Part shown: one piece after another, positions 53,101 through 64,000 of the stretch
How positions within the stretch are numbered: the first letter of the stretch is position 1
Layout of the letters: every line of letters begins with the position of its first letter
NCBI GenBank assembly: GCA_951406725.2
Contig: OX597815.1
Location: 4,526,001-4,590,000 of the forward strand
DNA length: 64,000 bases
Origin: Octopus vulgaris
Lineage: Eukaryota
Direction of reading: 5' to 3'
Notes under the pieces: model-generated
Told to the model about the DNA's origin: nothing
What the model saw: only the letters and a program-made list of their open reading frames with translations
Database searches by the model: none
Translations under genes and position numbers: made by a program

Positions 53101-53201
53101 TCATAACTTTCTGTATATATATATTAGCCAAAAAAAAATTAGAAAAATTCTTTGCTACAAGTGGTCTGGCGAGAAGAAAACATTAGTCAATAGACTATAT
53201 A

Positions 53202-53599
53202 TCTTTATATATAAAAGTCAAGTTGTGTGTCTGTCTCCTACGATTTAGATTCCTAACTACTCCCACATTTTGCGGTGCAGTTTAACCAAAACCGGGTATC
53301 TTATAGTCGTGATTCATATCGAGCCCTTCTGGGTATTAGCACGCGTCTACGATGAGTCTACGATTTAAAAAAAAAATTTACCATCATTTTTTTCCCATTT
53401 TTAATGCATTTTTTTGCTATTATATAAGGGAAGTAACTCTCTAAAAATTTATTATTAAATCTCAAAACGTAAAAAGCTACAGTAACACCCCCCCTTTGCG
53501 GTTAGCCATATTGAGATTGCTATTATACTTTACATCTCTAAAAATGCTTATATAGTTATTTCCCTTACAAACCCGAGCAACGCCGGGCGATACTGCTAG
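53202..53599 (+). mobile_element. Non-autonomous Helitron
   Basis: A|TCTTTATATATAAAA start, hairpin cccgagcaacgccggg, CTAG|T end. Confidence 0.85.
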
Positions 53600-53950
53600 T
53601 TATTTATATAAAAATACAGTGTACATTTAAACACACAGGACATCTGACTCGCTAGAAAGAGTAGTTAAACTACAAACCACTAACAGTTGTAATTCTGAAA
53701 GGGAATGAAAAATACAAACATTTCCCCTATTTTTCCAGGACTGTGCATAGTTTCAAGCAATCTTTTGTAAATAAAATAATTTACAATTGTCCAGGAAAAA
53801 TAGGGTAAATGTTTTTTTTTTATTTTTCATTCCCTTTCAGAATTACAATGAGTGGTTTGTAGTTTAACTACTCTTTCTAGTGAGTCAGATGTCCTGTTAT
53901 GGCCACCTCTTATGTGTTTAAATGTACACTGTATTTTTATATGAATAATA
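53600..53950. repeat. Foldback element with ~140-160 bp arms
   Basis: 53600-53741 is the reverse complement of 53789-53950, apart from small indels. Confidence 0.85.
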
Positions 53951-55345
53951 TATATATATATTAATGTAATTTTGCAGAAATACGCTATCGAAGGTGTAGA
54001 TTAACGATAGTATTGATAAGATTTAGAATAGTGGGCGGCAAGGAACGGGGGGAGGGGTTCGGGTCATCCTTTCATCTCTTCTTCGACTTTGTCACCATTA
54101 ATGTCTGTAATTTTAGCAATTTTCCAATTTGTTGTTGGAAATTCTTTCAGATTTGTGTTTGAAACACCAACATTAAGTTATCCAGACTCGCGAAAATGTA
54201 ATTTTTAAATATGCGAGGAAGAAAAGTCGAGATGGGGTGGGAGCGAATGATTTGAAACTGACCCAAAAGATATTTCAATGTTAACAATTATAAATTACAC
54301 TGTAGAAAACATATCTGCAAGATTTCATAAAAGAAAAAAAAAAAGATTTTTCAGAGCTAGATGGAAACAAAGTTGAGGCACCAAACTGTAGTTGTACCTC
54401 ATTATTTCTAGTTGTTGAAGTAGTTAACGGTTGTATAGAATAAAATTACCTTTTGCATCAATTTATTTTTGTCTGTGATAGTCTACATTGCGAAAATGAA
54501 TTTCCGAAAATTTCACTTAAAAATAATCACCTTCAGAAAATTAGGAGGAAACGAAGTTGGTGGGGCACGAAAGTGTAGTTACACCTTGTCGTTTCCAATG
54601 GGCGAAGCGGAAAACAGTTTTACAGAAGGTGCTCTTGCATTATTTATTTTGGTTTGTGATGCTGCACATAAACTTGGAAGTTTCGGCAAAAAGAGACCGA
54701 TAGAATAAGTACTGGGCTTACAAAGAATAAGTCCCGGGGTCGACTAAAGGCGGTGCTCCAGTATGGCCGCAGTCAAATGACTGAAACAAGTAAAAGAGTA
54801 TCTTTATTTGCATCAATCAACTCCTCTTTACAGAAAACTCGGTTTTTATTGCTGAAATCGCTCGTTCTTTAAGACATCTCGAAATAATAAACAAATACCC
54901 TTACAGCTTACCTCCATGTCTAATACAGACCAATATTAAACACGTTTAACAGAGGCTTCATTTTTTTTCTTTCATTCAAATTTAAACCTTTGATTTTCAA
55001 CAAAATATTCGCTTCGTCTCGAAATTCTTTTCAAATTTATGGGGTTTCAGCAATTACTTAAAACTTCCGACATCACTCAGTCAGTCTTTTACCAAAATAC
55101 CAAAACTTCATCTTCATAAATCATTGAACATTATGGTGTAATGCAACAAAAGAACAATTAACTTCTATAAAACTAACTTACATTCAATAATATCCATGCA
55201 AAAAACCCAAAAAAGATGCGATTGAAGGAAGTTCCAGCATGGCGGCCATTTTAACTTTGCAGACATCTTTGACAAAATACAATAACGAAATCATTGTATT
55301 CAGGGCTCAGGTGCACCACAACTTGACAAAAGTTCGTATTAAGCA

Positions 55346-55732
55346 CTAGCAGTATCGCCCGGCGTTGCTCGGGTTTGTAAGGGAAATAACTATATAAGCA
55401 TTTTTAGAGAGTTATAGCCAAAAAATAGCAAAAAATGCATTAAAAATGGAAAAAAAATTAAGGTAAAATTTTTTTTAAATCGTAGACTCATCGTAGACAT
55501 TTTTAGAGAGTTACTTCCCTTATATAATAGCGAAAAAATGCATTAAAATGGGGAAAAATGAAGGTAATTTTTTTTTTTTAATCGTAGACGCGCGCTAATA
55601 CCCAGAAGGGCTCGATATGAATCACGACTATAAGATACCCGGTTTTGGTTAAACTGCACCGCAAAATGTGGGAGTAGTTAGGAATCTAAATCGTAGGAGA
55701 CAGACACACGACTTCACTTTTATATATAAAGA
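55346..55732 (-). mobile_element. Non-autonomous Helitron, inverted sister of 53202-53599
   Basis: Same TC start, hairpin and CTAG end. Body nearly identical apart from rearranged internal repeats. Confidence 0.85.
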
Positions 55733-55734
55733 TA

Positions 55735-56365
55735 TGAAGTAATGTAAAAATGTCTGGGAATTGAACAATGTATGAGTCAGATACATGCCTGTGTGTGTGT
55801 ATGGAGGGGAGAAAATCAGGTGTAGTGTTGGCGAATCTCAGGAAGCATGGAAGTTTTGAAGGATGCAGTGCTCCGACAACCAACAACAGATGCCGGCAGT
55901 TTGTTCCATGCTTCAGCAACTCTTAGCATGAAAAAATGTTTCCAAAAGTCATGGAAGGAGCTGTGCTGTTTTCTGACTTTGTAAGCATGTCCACGGGTGT
56001 TAGACGGGTGGAGTTTGAAAAGGTGCTCAGAGTTATTGTTTGTAAGATGGTTGATAATTTTATGGGTGTCTGCCAAGTCAGCTGCCAGACGTCGGAGTTT
56101 CAATGTATCCATGCCCAGGGAAGAAGTAAGGCGTTCAGAATATGGCAAAATGCCTGATGGAGGATATTCTCTTGGTTGCACGTCGCTGGACAGTTTCCAG
56201 ACGATTAATATCCTGGGCAAGATAGGGGTTTCAGACCAGTGATGCAAATTCCAGGTGAGGTCGTACCATAGCTATATAAAGCCTCAGATAGATAGCCGGA
56301 GAGCAGCTCAGAAAGGACTTGGTGAATGATGCCAAGACACCCTCAGCCTTCTTGGCAATTTTTAT
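55735..56365 (-). mobile_element. CR1-group LINE 3' end
   Basis: ORF 55816-56247: LKLRRLAADL...TRGHAYKV...RVAEAWNKLP...SFKTS. Confidence 0.88.
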
Positions 56366-58607
56366 GTCAGACGACGGAGCTAATCGTACGATTATGTACA
56401 GTTGCAGATGCCATTGATGTCTGTCTCGTAGACAAATGACTATCGTATTCTTCGCTTGATTCTAATAAATGTTATTTCAGCACCTTCTTCCCTAATTTCC
56501 ATTTACCGTTCTCAAACAGTGGTCGCTGATGGATGTTTCTTTCTGACCATCTTTGCAATGGCTTCACCACAGTTTCGTCAGAATTCGTTAATTTCCAGAT
56601 GGCTTCTATCGAATACTTGAAGGGAAAACGAACAACTTCATTTTCTCAAAATTTTCTATTGTCTGCTGGTCATCATCCATAACCTCTAAATAAATTCTCC
56701 GAAAAATAATAAAAAACAATATATTAAGTCGCGCCAATATGGACAAAAAAAGGGGGGGAAATGACATACGATGCATATTAATTAATATTAGACACGCTGT
56801 TAGTCTTTTTTATCATTTCTTAACGTGTTTCTTTTAAGTATATAAATAAATGTAAAGAAATACTAAAAACCGAAATTTCTTGAGCCATGTGTAGAGTCGG
56901 ATTACCTTCTTACATCTTCAGGATGGGAGGCCATTGTTTCACCTTTCACGTCGTTTTCCGTAATTTTCCGTTTTGACTTTCTTTCGAAGATATCTTCTTT
57001 TTTTTTTCCCCCAGGTTTATTTTTTAAAATCTTTTGAGATTGTGATTCCTAATAAATATTCGTAAATGTTTGTAAACATAAACCTGGGTGGGAGGATCGT
57101 AATTAAAAAATTACGGAAAAATCCGAGGACACCACTACCCATAAACGTAAAGTATGTACATTCAATAAAGATGCATTTTTTTAATTTTTCTGTGCACAAA
57201 ATAATTTATAGCAACACCAAAGACAGGTAATACAAAACGGGAGAACCACAACTCAATAAAGTGAATGGTTAAACATATTTTCACGTGCTGCTTTACCTGC
57301 CAATGAAATATGTGGCCTAGTGGTTAGGGGAGTTCGCCTCGCGATCGTAACAGTATGGGTTCGATGCCTGGACCGGGCGACGTATTGTATCCTTAGACAA
57401 GACTCTCTATTTTATGATGCTCCAGTCAATTTAACAGTCTAAGAGTGCTGATGAAACCATTTGTCCTTTCAACTGTCATATTCTAGTCGTGCTCTTGATT
57501 CAAGGGTCATGGTTGGAGGGGGACGATGGGGTGTCTATGCTCACGATTACATAGGCACCAAAAACAAATTAACAGGCATGGTCGGTGCTCGAGAAGCTTA
57601 CACCCCAGCTATATAATTTCAAATTCAATCCCATTGTGTAATGCCTTGGGCAAGTATCTTCAACTATATATAGCCCTAGGCTGACCAAAGCTTTGCGGGT
57701 GGATTTGGTAGATGGAAACTGAGAGAATCCCATCACATTTAACATTCATGTTCTATGCTGGCATGGGTTGGATGGCTTGCCATGTTCCAATAAATCCAAG
57801 GACCGCATCCTGTTCCAGTGTCTGCTTTAGCATAGTTTCCATAGCTGGAGACCCTTTCTAATGCTAACCACTTTACTGCATGTACCGGGTGCTTTTTAAT
57901 ATGCCACTAGCACTGTTGAGGTTGCCATGCAGCTCACGGGACTACACACCCTGGGGGAGGTGGCAGTCAGCTTTATGCTTGAGGAGGGTGTGTCTTCTTG
58001 TGTTGCCACTTCATGAGAGTTGTAAACAAGTTCCACCATCATACAAGCAGTGTCCTTCGTTTCCAATCTTCTGTGAAAACATGTCCAGCCATGGGAAAAA
58101 ATATTACTTCACTTGAAAACAGGTAAGGGTTGGTGACAGGAAGGGCATCCAGGCATATCTGCCTCAATGATTTCCATCTCACCCATGCAAGTTTTTAAAA
58201 AATTAGAAACTAAAATGAAAATGACAGTGTGTGTGTGTGTGTGTGTTATTATGAATGCATTCTATAATTCTGTTTTGCTTAGCGGTCCCAATAACCAGTT
58301 GTTAGCTCCTGTGGTGCTGTTATCTGACAGCCTCTGTTCTGGACTCTTAAGTGAACCAGAAGGTCAGTACAAAAAATAATACTAATAACAAAATGAATGA
58401 CGAAAGAACAGGAGTTATGAAATCAACTTTATTGGCTTACAGCTGTTTCGGCCATAAAGAAGTGTGCATTCAGAGTTGGTGCCAGTATAATGGAGTTTCT
58501 TCAGAGCCAGTTTTATGGCCTTTATCAATCTGTAGCATATACATATGTATGTTTACATATCTATTGCTCTATCTGTCTGCCTATCAATGTTTCAAGTTAT
58601 CTATACA

Positions 58608-58646
<39 letters not shown>

Positions 58647-58679
58647 ATATACATACATACATATATATATATATCAAAA

Positions 58680-59970
58680 CAAGCAACAAGGAACTGGAAC
58701 TGCAACCAAGTTAGTAATATCTTCCAAGTTATCAACCCAAAAAGCAGCAACAGTTTGTCGACAATTATCTCAAGATGGAATCAATGTCAAGTCTCCTTCC
58801 CAATCTGGTATTTACAGATTGATTATCAAAGAAGCGGTTAAACTAAAAAAGAAAATTAAGAAAACACTACATTTAGAAAACTTGTCATTGCATTTTGATG
58901 GTAAATGTATTGATGACCAAGAATACCAAGTGCTAGTTTTAAAGAATGAACAGCGAGAGAAGTTAAGTTAGAAACACTCCAATTACCAAACGGAAAAGCT
59001 GATGCTGTTGTGCAAGGAATAACAGCTGTTTCAGATGAATACAATTTATCATCACCATTCATCATTGTTCGACCGTGGTCGAGACAATGGAATTTATCAT
59101 GCTACGCCAGACTTCATGGTCCATCATGGCATTACGGAGGTCCTGTTGCTGGATGCCTGTATCCCTGGAGATTACATCAGGGTAGGAGAGTGTGCGCCCT
59201 CTGGTATTGCGAGTAGATGGAACTATGTAAAAATTTATGGAACTGTGTAAAAATTTATGGAACTGTGTAAAAATGATTGTCACTGATACAATGAGTGTGA
59301 ACACTGGGAAAAGAAATGGCATTGTCATTCAGTTGCAGAGACTGTTTGCTCAAAAGGGTTTGAAAGACCTGCAATTTATTGGTTGTCAGCATCATATCCT
59401 TGATAGAGTTCTTCGTGTTATAATGGATAACAAACTTGGAGAAAAATAGTCATCTTCCAATATTGCATATACATTCATCCCAGAGCTTCTAAGTAATTAG
59501 GAGAAACTCCAGGCTAATTTCAATAATGGTGAAGAAAAGACTACTGAGTCAGCAGACTGGCAAGATAACATGAAATTTCTATTTTCTATTGTAAAGTTTC
59601 AAAAAATACCCAACTAAATTAATGCAAGATGGAATTCTCAAGCAATATTAGCTCTTTTGGCATTTATTCTTCTACCAGAGAAAAGAGTTTTGCTTCTCAA
59701 TGTTTGTCGATTCATCTCTTACAGCTGGGCAGATTTTTGGTTTACTGACCAAATGTTCAATGCACATGATTATCAGAAGTTATGTGGTAGCCTGCAAGTT
59801 CATAAAAAAGCATTGAAATCTATAAAAAAACCTTTGGAGTTGAGAACCATCAAAACTGGAAATTCTCAGAACAAATCAGAGTGCAGAATGGGCAGTCAAG
59901 TGCCTTCAAGATCTTTATGATGTTTTTAAAAAGAAGGAGAAATTTCAGCTTTGATGTATTTTATCTAACA
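58680..59970 (+). mobile_element. hAT-superfamily (hATm-like) transposase pseudogene; element ends possibly ~58280 and ~60553
   Basis: LHFDGK, TDTMSVNTGKRNG, GCQHHILD, ARWNS and RTNQSAEWAVK motifs in order, with frameshifts. Confidence 0.75.
59048..59218 (-). mobile_element. RTE-like LINE 3' tip inserted in the hAT transposase
   Basis: RGRTLSYPDVISRDTG...AMMDHEVWRSMINS...* plus a (GAT)-like tail. Splits host DEYNL|WNCVKMIV. Confidence 0.7.
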
Positions 59971-60756
59971 AAACACCTCACCTGTGCTAAGTCCACTCAG
60001 CTGAGTGGTTGGTGTTAGGAAGGGCAACCAACTGTAAAAATCCTGCCAAAACAGTTACAGAAGTCCATACAGGCTTCAGCTTAGCCGGCTCTTGTGGTAC
60101 CATCCCATCCATGCTAGCATGGAACGGATGTTAAAGGATGATGAATACATATTAATTCTTTATGTTAAAAAATTTGCTAACATTCAGCACTCTTTATCTT
60201 GTATGGTTATTTAAAATTGGAACTAAACCTATAAAGTTAAAAATATGTATTGTTTTTAATTTTGCATGTTATCAAATGCTTGTAGTGGCCTCTGTCTTAA
60301 AATGGCCTAGTTTTGAACATTTGCATCGAGCAATTTCAATTCAGTAATCTTGAAAATGTATAAATACACTTTTATTCCACATCTTTCTTGCGTTTACAAG
60401 GATTTAGGCAGCAGAAATACTGAAGTGTGAATCTAGTGCCATTTAGTGATTATAGTTTTAAAAGCCCATAACTCTGAAAGTACTTCTACTGGAAAACTGA
60501 AATTACAACACCAAGTTTGGTAAAAACTTGAGCAGGCGTTATGGACCCCACTAGAGTTTTGAATGATTTGGGTCAAAAGTGGTAATTGATTTCTTAAGTT
60601 GGGGATAACATTTTTTTCAAATAAAGCAAAATAAATATTAGTTTCCTGACTTTTATGAAATTATTCATCCAATTACAGTATGGGGTTATTAGGTTGTGCA
60701 AAAGTCATAACCCTAATATACATACGTATGTACATATATATATATATATACATATA

Positions 60757-60791
<35 letters not shown>

Positions 60792-60821
60792 ATGTGCATG
60801 TATGTGTAAGCATGTATGTAT

Positions 60822-61020
60822 ATATAAATTAGAAAAAAACACCTTTTATCAATTCAAAATGAACAATTAAATTACACCATCTAGAAAATTACGTATAATA
60901 GAAATATTAAAATTAAAATAATAGTACATATAATATTTCTATTGTATGTAATTTTCTAGATGTTGTAATTTAATTGTTCATTTTGAATTGATAAAAGGTG
61001 TTTTTTTTTAAAATTTTTAT
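60822..61020. repeat. AT-rich foldback in (TA)n; related pieces at 61030-61113 and 63608-63745
   Basis: caccttttatcaattcaaaatgaacaattaaattaca versus tgtaatttaattgttcattttgaattgataaaaggtg. Confidence 0.8.
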
Positions 61021-61614
61021 ATATATATATATTATATTTTGTGAAACTTGATTTAGTATTTCTAAATTGAATTTTTCCCTGTAAGTTAGGAATAATATTC
61101 CCTCAAATACTTATTATATATATACTCTTTGACGTGTCCCAGTGACCGAAACCATTCTCTTATACATGTAATTTCTTGTCTTGCTAAAAATCCAAATTCC
61201 CCCAAGTGGCTCCCAATTCAGGGACACAAGTGGAGAAGAAGAATTGACTGGAAAAACTGAGTCACCAATTATATGGTTTATCATCATCATCATTGTCATT
61301 TGTATTATCATCATCATCACTGTCTTGCTCATTTAATGTCTGCTTTCTATGCGGGCATGGGCTGGATCTGGCATCTATATATTCTTTGATTCTTTGATTC
61401 TTTGATTCTTTGATTCTTTGATTCTTTTACTTGTTTCAGTCATTTCACTGCAGCCATACTGGAGCACCACCTTTACTCGAGCGAATCGACTCCAGGACTT
61501 ATTCTTTGGAAGCCTAGTACTTATTCTATTGGTCTCTTTTGCCAAACTGCTAAGTTACAGGGATGTAAACACACCAGCATCAGTTGTCAAGCGATGTTGG
61601 GGGGACAAACACAG

Positions 61615-61655
<41 letters not shown>

Positions 61656-63054
61656 CATATATATGACGGGCTTCTTTCAGTTTCCATCTGCCAAATCCAC
61701 TCACAAGGCTTTGGTTGGCCCGAGGCTATAGTAGAAGACACTTGCCCTAGGTGCCACGCAGTGGGAATGAACCCGGAACCGTGTGGTTGGTAAGCAATCT
61801 ACTTACCACACGGCCACTCCTGCATTGTATATACGTATATACATAGTATATACATGCATATATACATATACATATACATATATTAGAAGGTTTGGAGATG
61901 ATGTACAGGTATCATATATTAGAAAAAAATAAGGTAGTCAGAAATCTGGATGGTTTTATATTTACAGATATTTATTAATATGTCACATGTTTTCATAAAT
62001 CATAGATTAGTGCTTGCATCCACTCGAGTGGATTCTTCAGATTCATCATCATATATATATATATATATATCATCAGCCCATATATATATATATACATACA
62101 CACACACATATATATATATCATCATCATCATCATATATATATATATATATATATATATCATCGTTTAACATCCGCTTTTCATGCTAGCATGGGTCGGACG
62201 ATTTTGACTGAAGGCTGGCGAGCCAGATGGTTGCACCAGGCTCCAATCTTGATCTGGCAGAGTTTCTACAGCTTGATGCCCTTCCTAACACCAACCACTT
62301 CGAGAGTGTAGTGGCTGCTTTTTACGTGCCACCAGCACGATGTATATGTTTGTGTGTTTGTTTTGTCCCCGCAACATCGCTTGACAACCGATACTGGTGT
62401 GTTTACATCCCTGTAACTTAGCGGTTTGGCAAAAGAGACCAATAGAATAAGTACTAAGCTTACAGAGAATAAGTCCTGAGGTTGATATGTTCGACTAAAG
62501 GTAGTGCTCCAGCATGGCCACAGTAAAATGACTGAAACAAAAGAACAAAAGAACATCTATCTATGTGTATGTATAAACATGTGTGTGAGTGTATATATAT
62601 ATATAAAAGAAGAGATAGTCAGAACATACCAACAGCTCAGTAGATTTCCTAACCCAACACACCGCCGACCCCATTATCTCCTTACCTCATCCACCCAACA
62701 TTTCCAACCAGCAAAATATGAGTTGCCACTGTTTTATCTGTTATGTTTGTTTGCTTGCTTCATAGATTACTGAAAATGTCTGCTCTAGTCCATTCTAGTA
62801 TCTCAGAAACCACTGATGCTCGGAAGTTCAATTTCTTTTCTCTTTTTTTTTTAAAAAAACATTGAATTACTAAGCAACATAAATATTAAAAATACATATT
62901 AAAAAAATATAGTTTTTAAAACATTTTTAAAAATATTTCTAAAAAATATAAAAAATAGTTTTAAAAATTGTCTTTGTTTTTTTTTGGAAAATCTAATTTG
63001 TTTGTAGAATGTGTGGTTAAGAAGCTTGCTTCAAAGACGCCTGTTGTTATGTCC

Positions 63055-63056
<2 letters not shown>

Positions 63057-63096
<40 letters not shown>

Positions 63097-63136
63097 CATT
63101 ATTATTATTATCATTATTATTATCATTATTATTATT

Positions 63137-63202
<66 letters not shown>

Positions 63203-63262
63203 ATTATTATCATTATTATTATTGTTGTTGTTGTTGTTGTTGTTGTTATTATTATTATTATT
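63057..63262. repeat. Compound (TTA)n/(TTG)n microsatellite
   Basis: Direct inspection. Confidence 0.95.
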
Positions 63263-63574
63263 TTTATTGTAATTTTGTATTTATATTCGTGTAACATCGT
63301 CTGTTTTTCCGTCCTTGTTTTCATATACATTCAATGCTTTTTTCCAAGGAATCTGATGCTCTTAACTTAGTTTTTCCTTGGGGGCTGGCCAGATTGGAGC
63401 AATCTCAAGATTAATCAGTCGAAATTGTGAGGATGATTCAGTTCTTGACTGAGGATAAAAGGCTTCGAATGACCCGTGCTTGTTTTTTTGTATCGTCTAT
63501 CTGGATGTTTTGTTGTCCCTTTTTGTATCACCTAGTCGTCCAGATGTTATGCATTCTTGTCCCATTTTGTATTT

Positions 63575-63611
<37 letters not shown>

Positions 63612-63737
63612 TTTGAGGGAATATTATTCCTAACTTACAGGGAAAAATTCAACTTAGAAATACTAAATCAAATTTCACAAAATGTAATGGTGTGATTTAA
63701 TTGTTCATTTTGAATTGATAAAAGGTGGGTTTTTCTA

Positions 63738-63797
<60 letters not shown>

Positions 63798-64000
63798 GTA
63801 TGTTGGTGTTAGGAAGGGCATCCAGCTGTAGAAACATCGCCAGATCAGACTGGGCCTGGTGCAGCCTTCTGGCTTCCCAGACCCCAGTTGAACCATCCAA
63901 CCCATGCTAGCATGGAAAGCGGATGTTAAACGAAGATGATGATGATATATATATATATATCTTAGCTGCTTTCTCGTATACAAGCAAAGCCATTTTGCTA

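Larger units (their letters stand above)
54912..56934 (-). pseudogene. Disrupted multi-exon gene with DDT-like motif (BRD10/KIAA2026- or CECR2-like?)
   Basis: Putative exons 56934-56906, 56685-56507, 55266-55182 and ~55140-54912. The 56507/55266 junction is in frame (PLFEN-DVCKVKMAAMLELPSIASFLGF). Frameshifts at homopolymers and several stops. Confidence 0.4.

Noticed and set aside
55240-55253. YY1-like promoter motif aaaatggccgcc
   Set aside because: Better explained as codons K-M-A-A within a spliced frame; no independent promoter evidence.
56600-56685. Selenoprotein or edited-stop reading of three in-frame TGAs
   Set aside because: No SECIS was seen, TAA/TAG stops occur downstream, and a single-base indel explains the frame more simply.
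58280-60553. Exact TIR/TSD boundaries of the hAT element
   Set aside because: The TIR match (tagcggtcccaataac vs tagtggggtccataac) is imperfect and no in-register 8 bp TSD was found.

Overview
AT-rich eukaryotic DNA saturated with microsatellites and transposon debris. The repeat families point to a coleoid cephalopod, most likely Octopus (inference). There is no complete protein-coding gene. A + strand gene ends here with two exons (937-1117 and 28966-29185) joined in frame by a ~28 kb intron. A CpG-rich island at ~54-57 kb holds a disrupted minus-strand multi-exon reading frame with a DDT-like motif. The rest comprises several SINE families, RTE/CR1-L2/Hero LINE fragments, Tc1/mariner, pogo, piggyBac, hAT and Helitron remnants, and a U6 pseudogene. 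The most interesting signal is a set of minimal type I hammerhead-ribozyme motifs in Penelope-like inverted repeats. One appears intact (51454-51541). One sits in a TSD-bounded composite with a tRNA-derived Pol III head (4083-4483), a candidate Penelope-mobilised, ribozyme-bearing SINE. Almost all ORFs in the supplied track are artefacts of repeats. All calls were made by eye and remain unverified by search.
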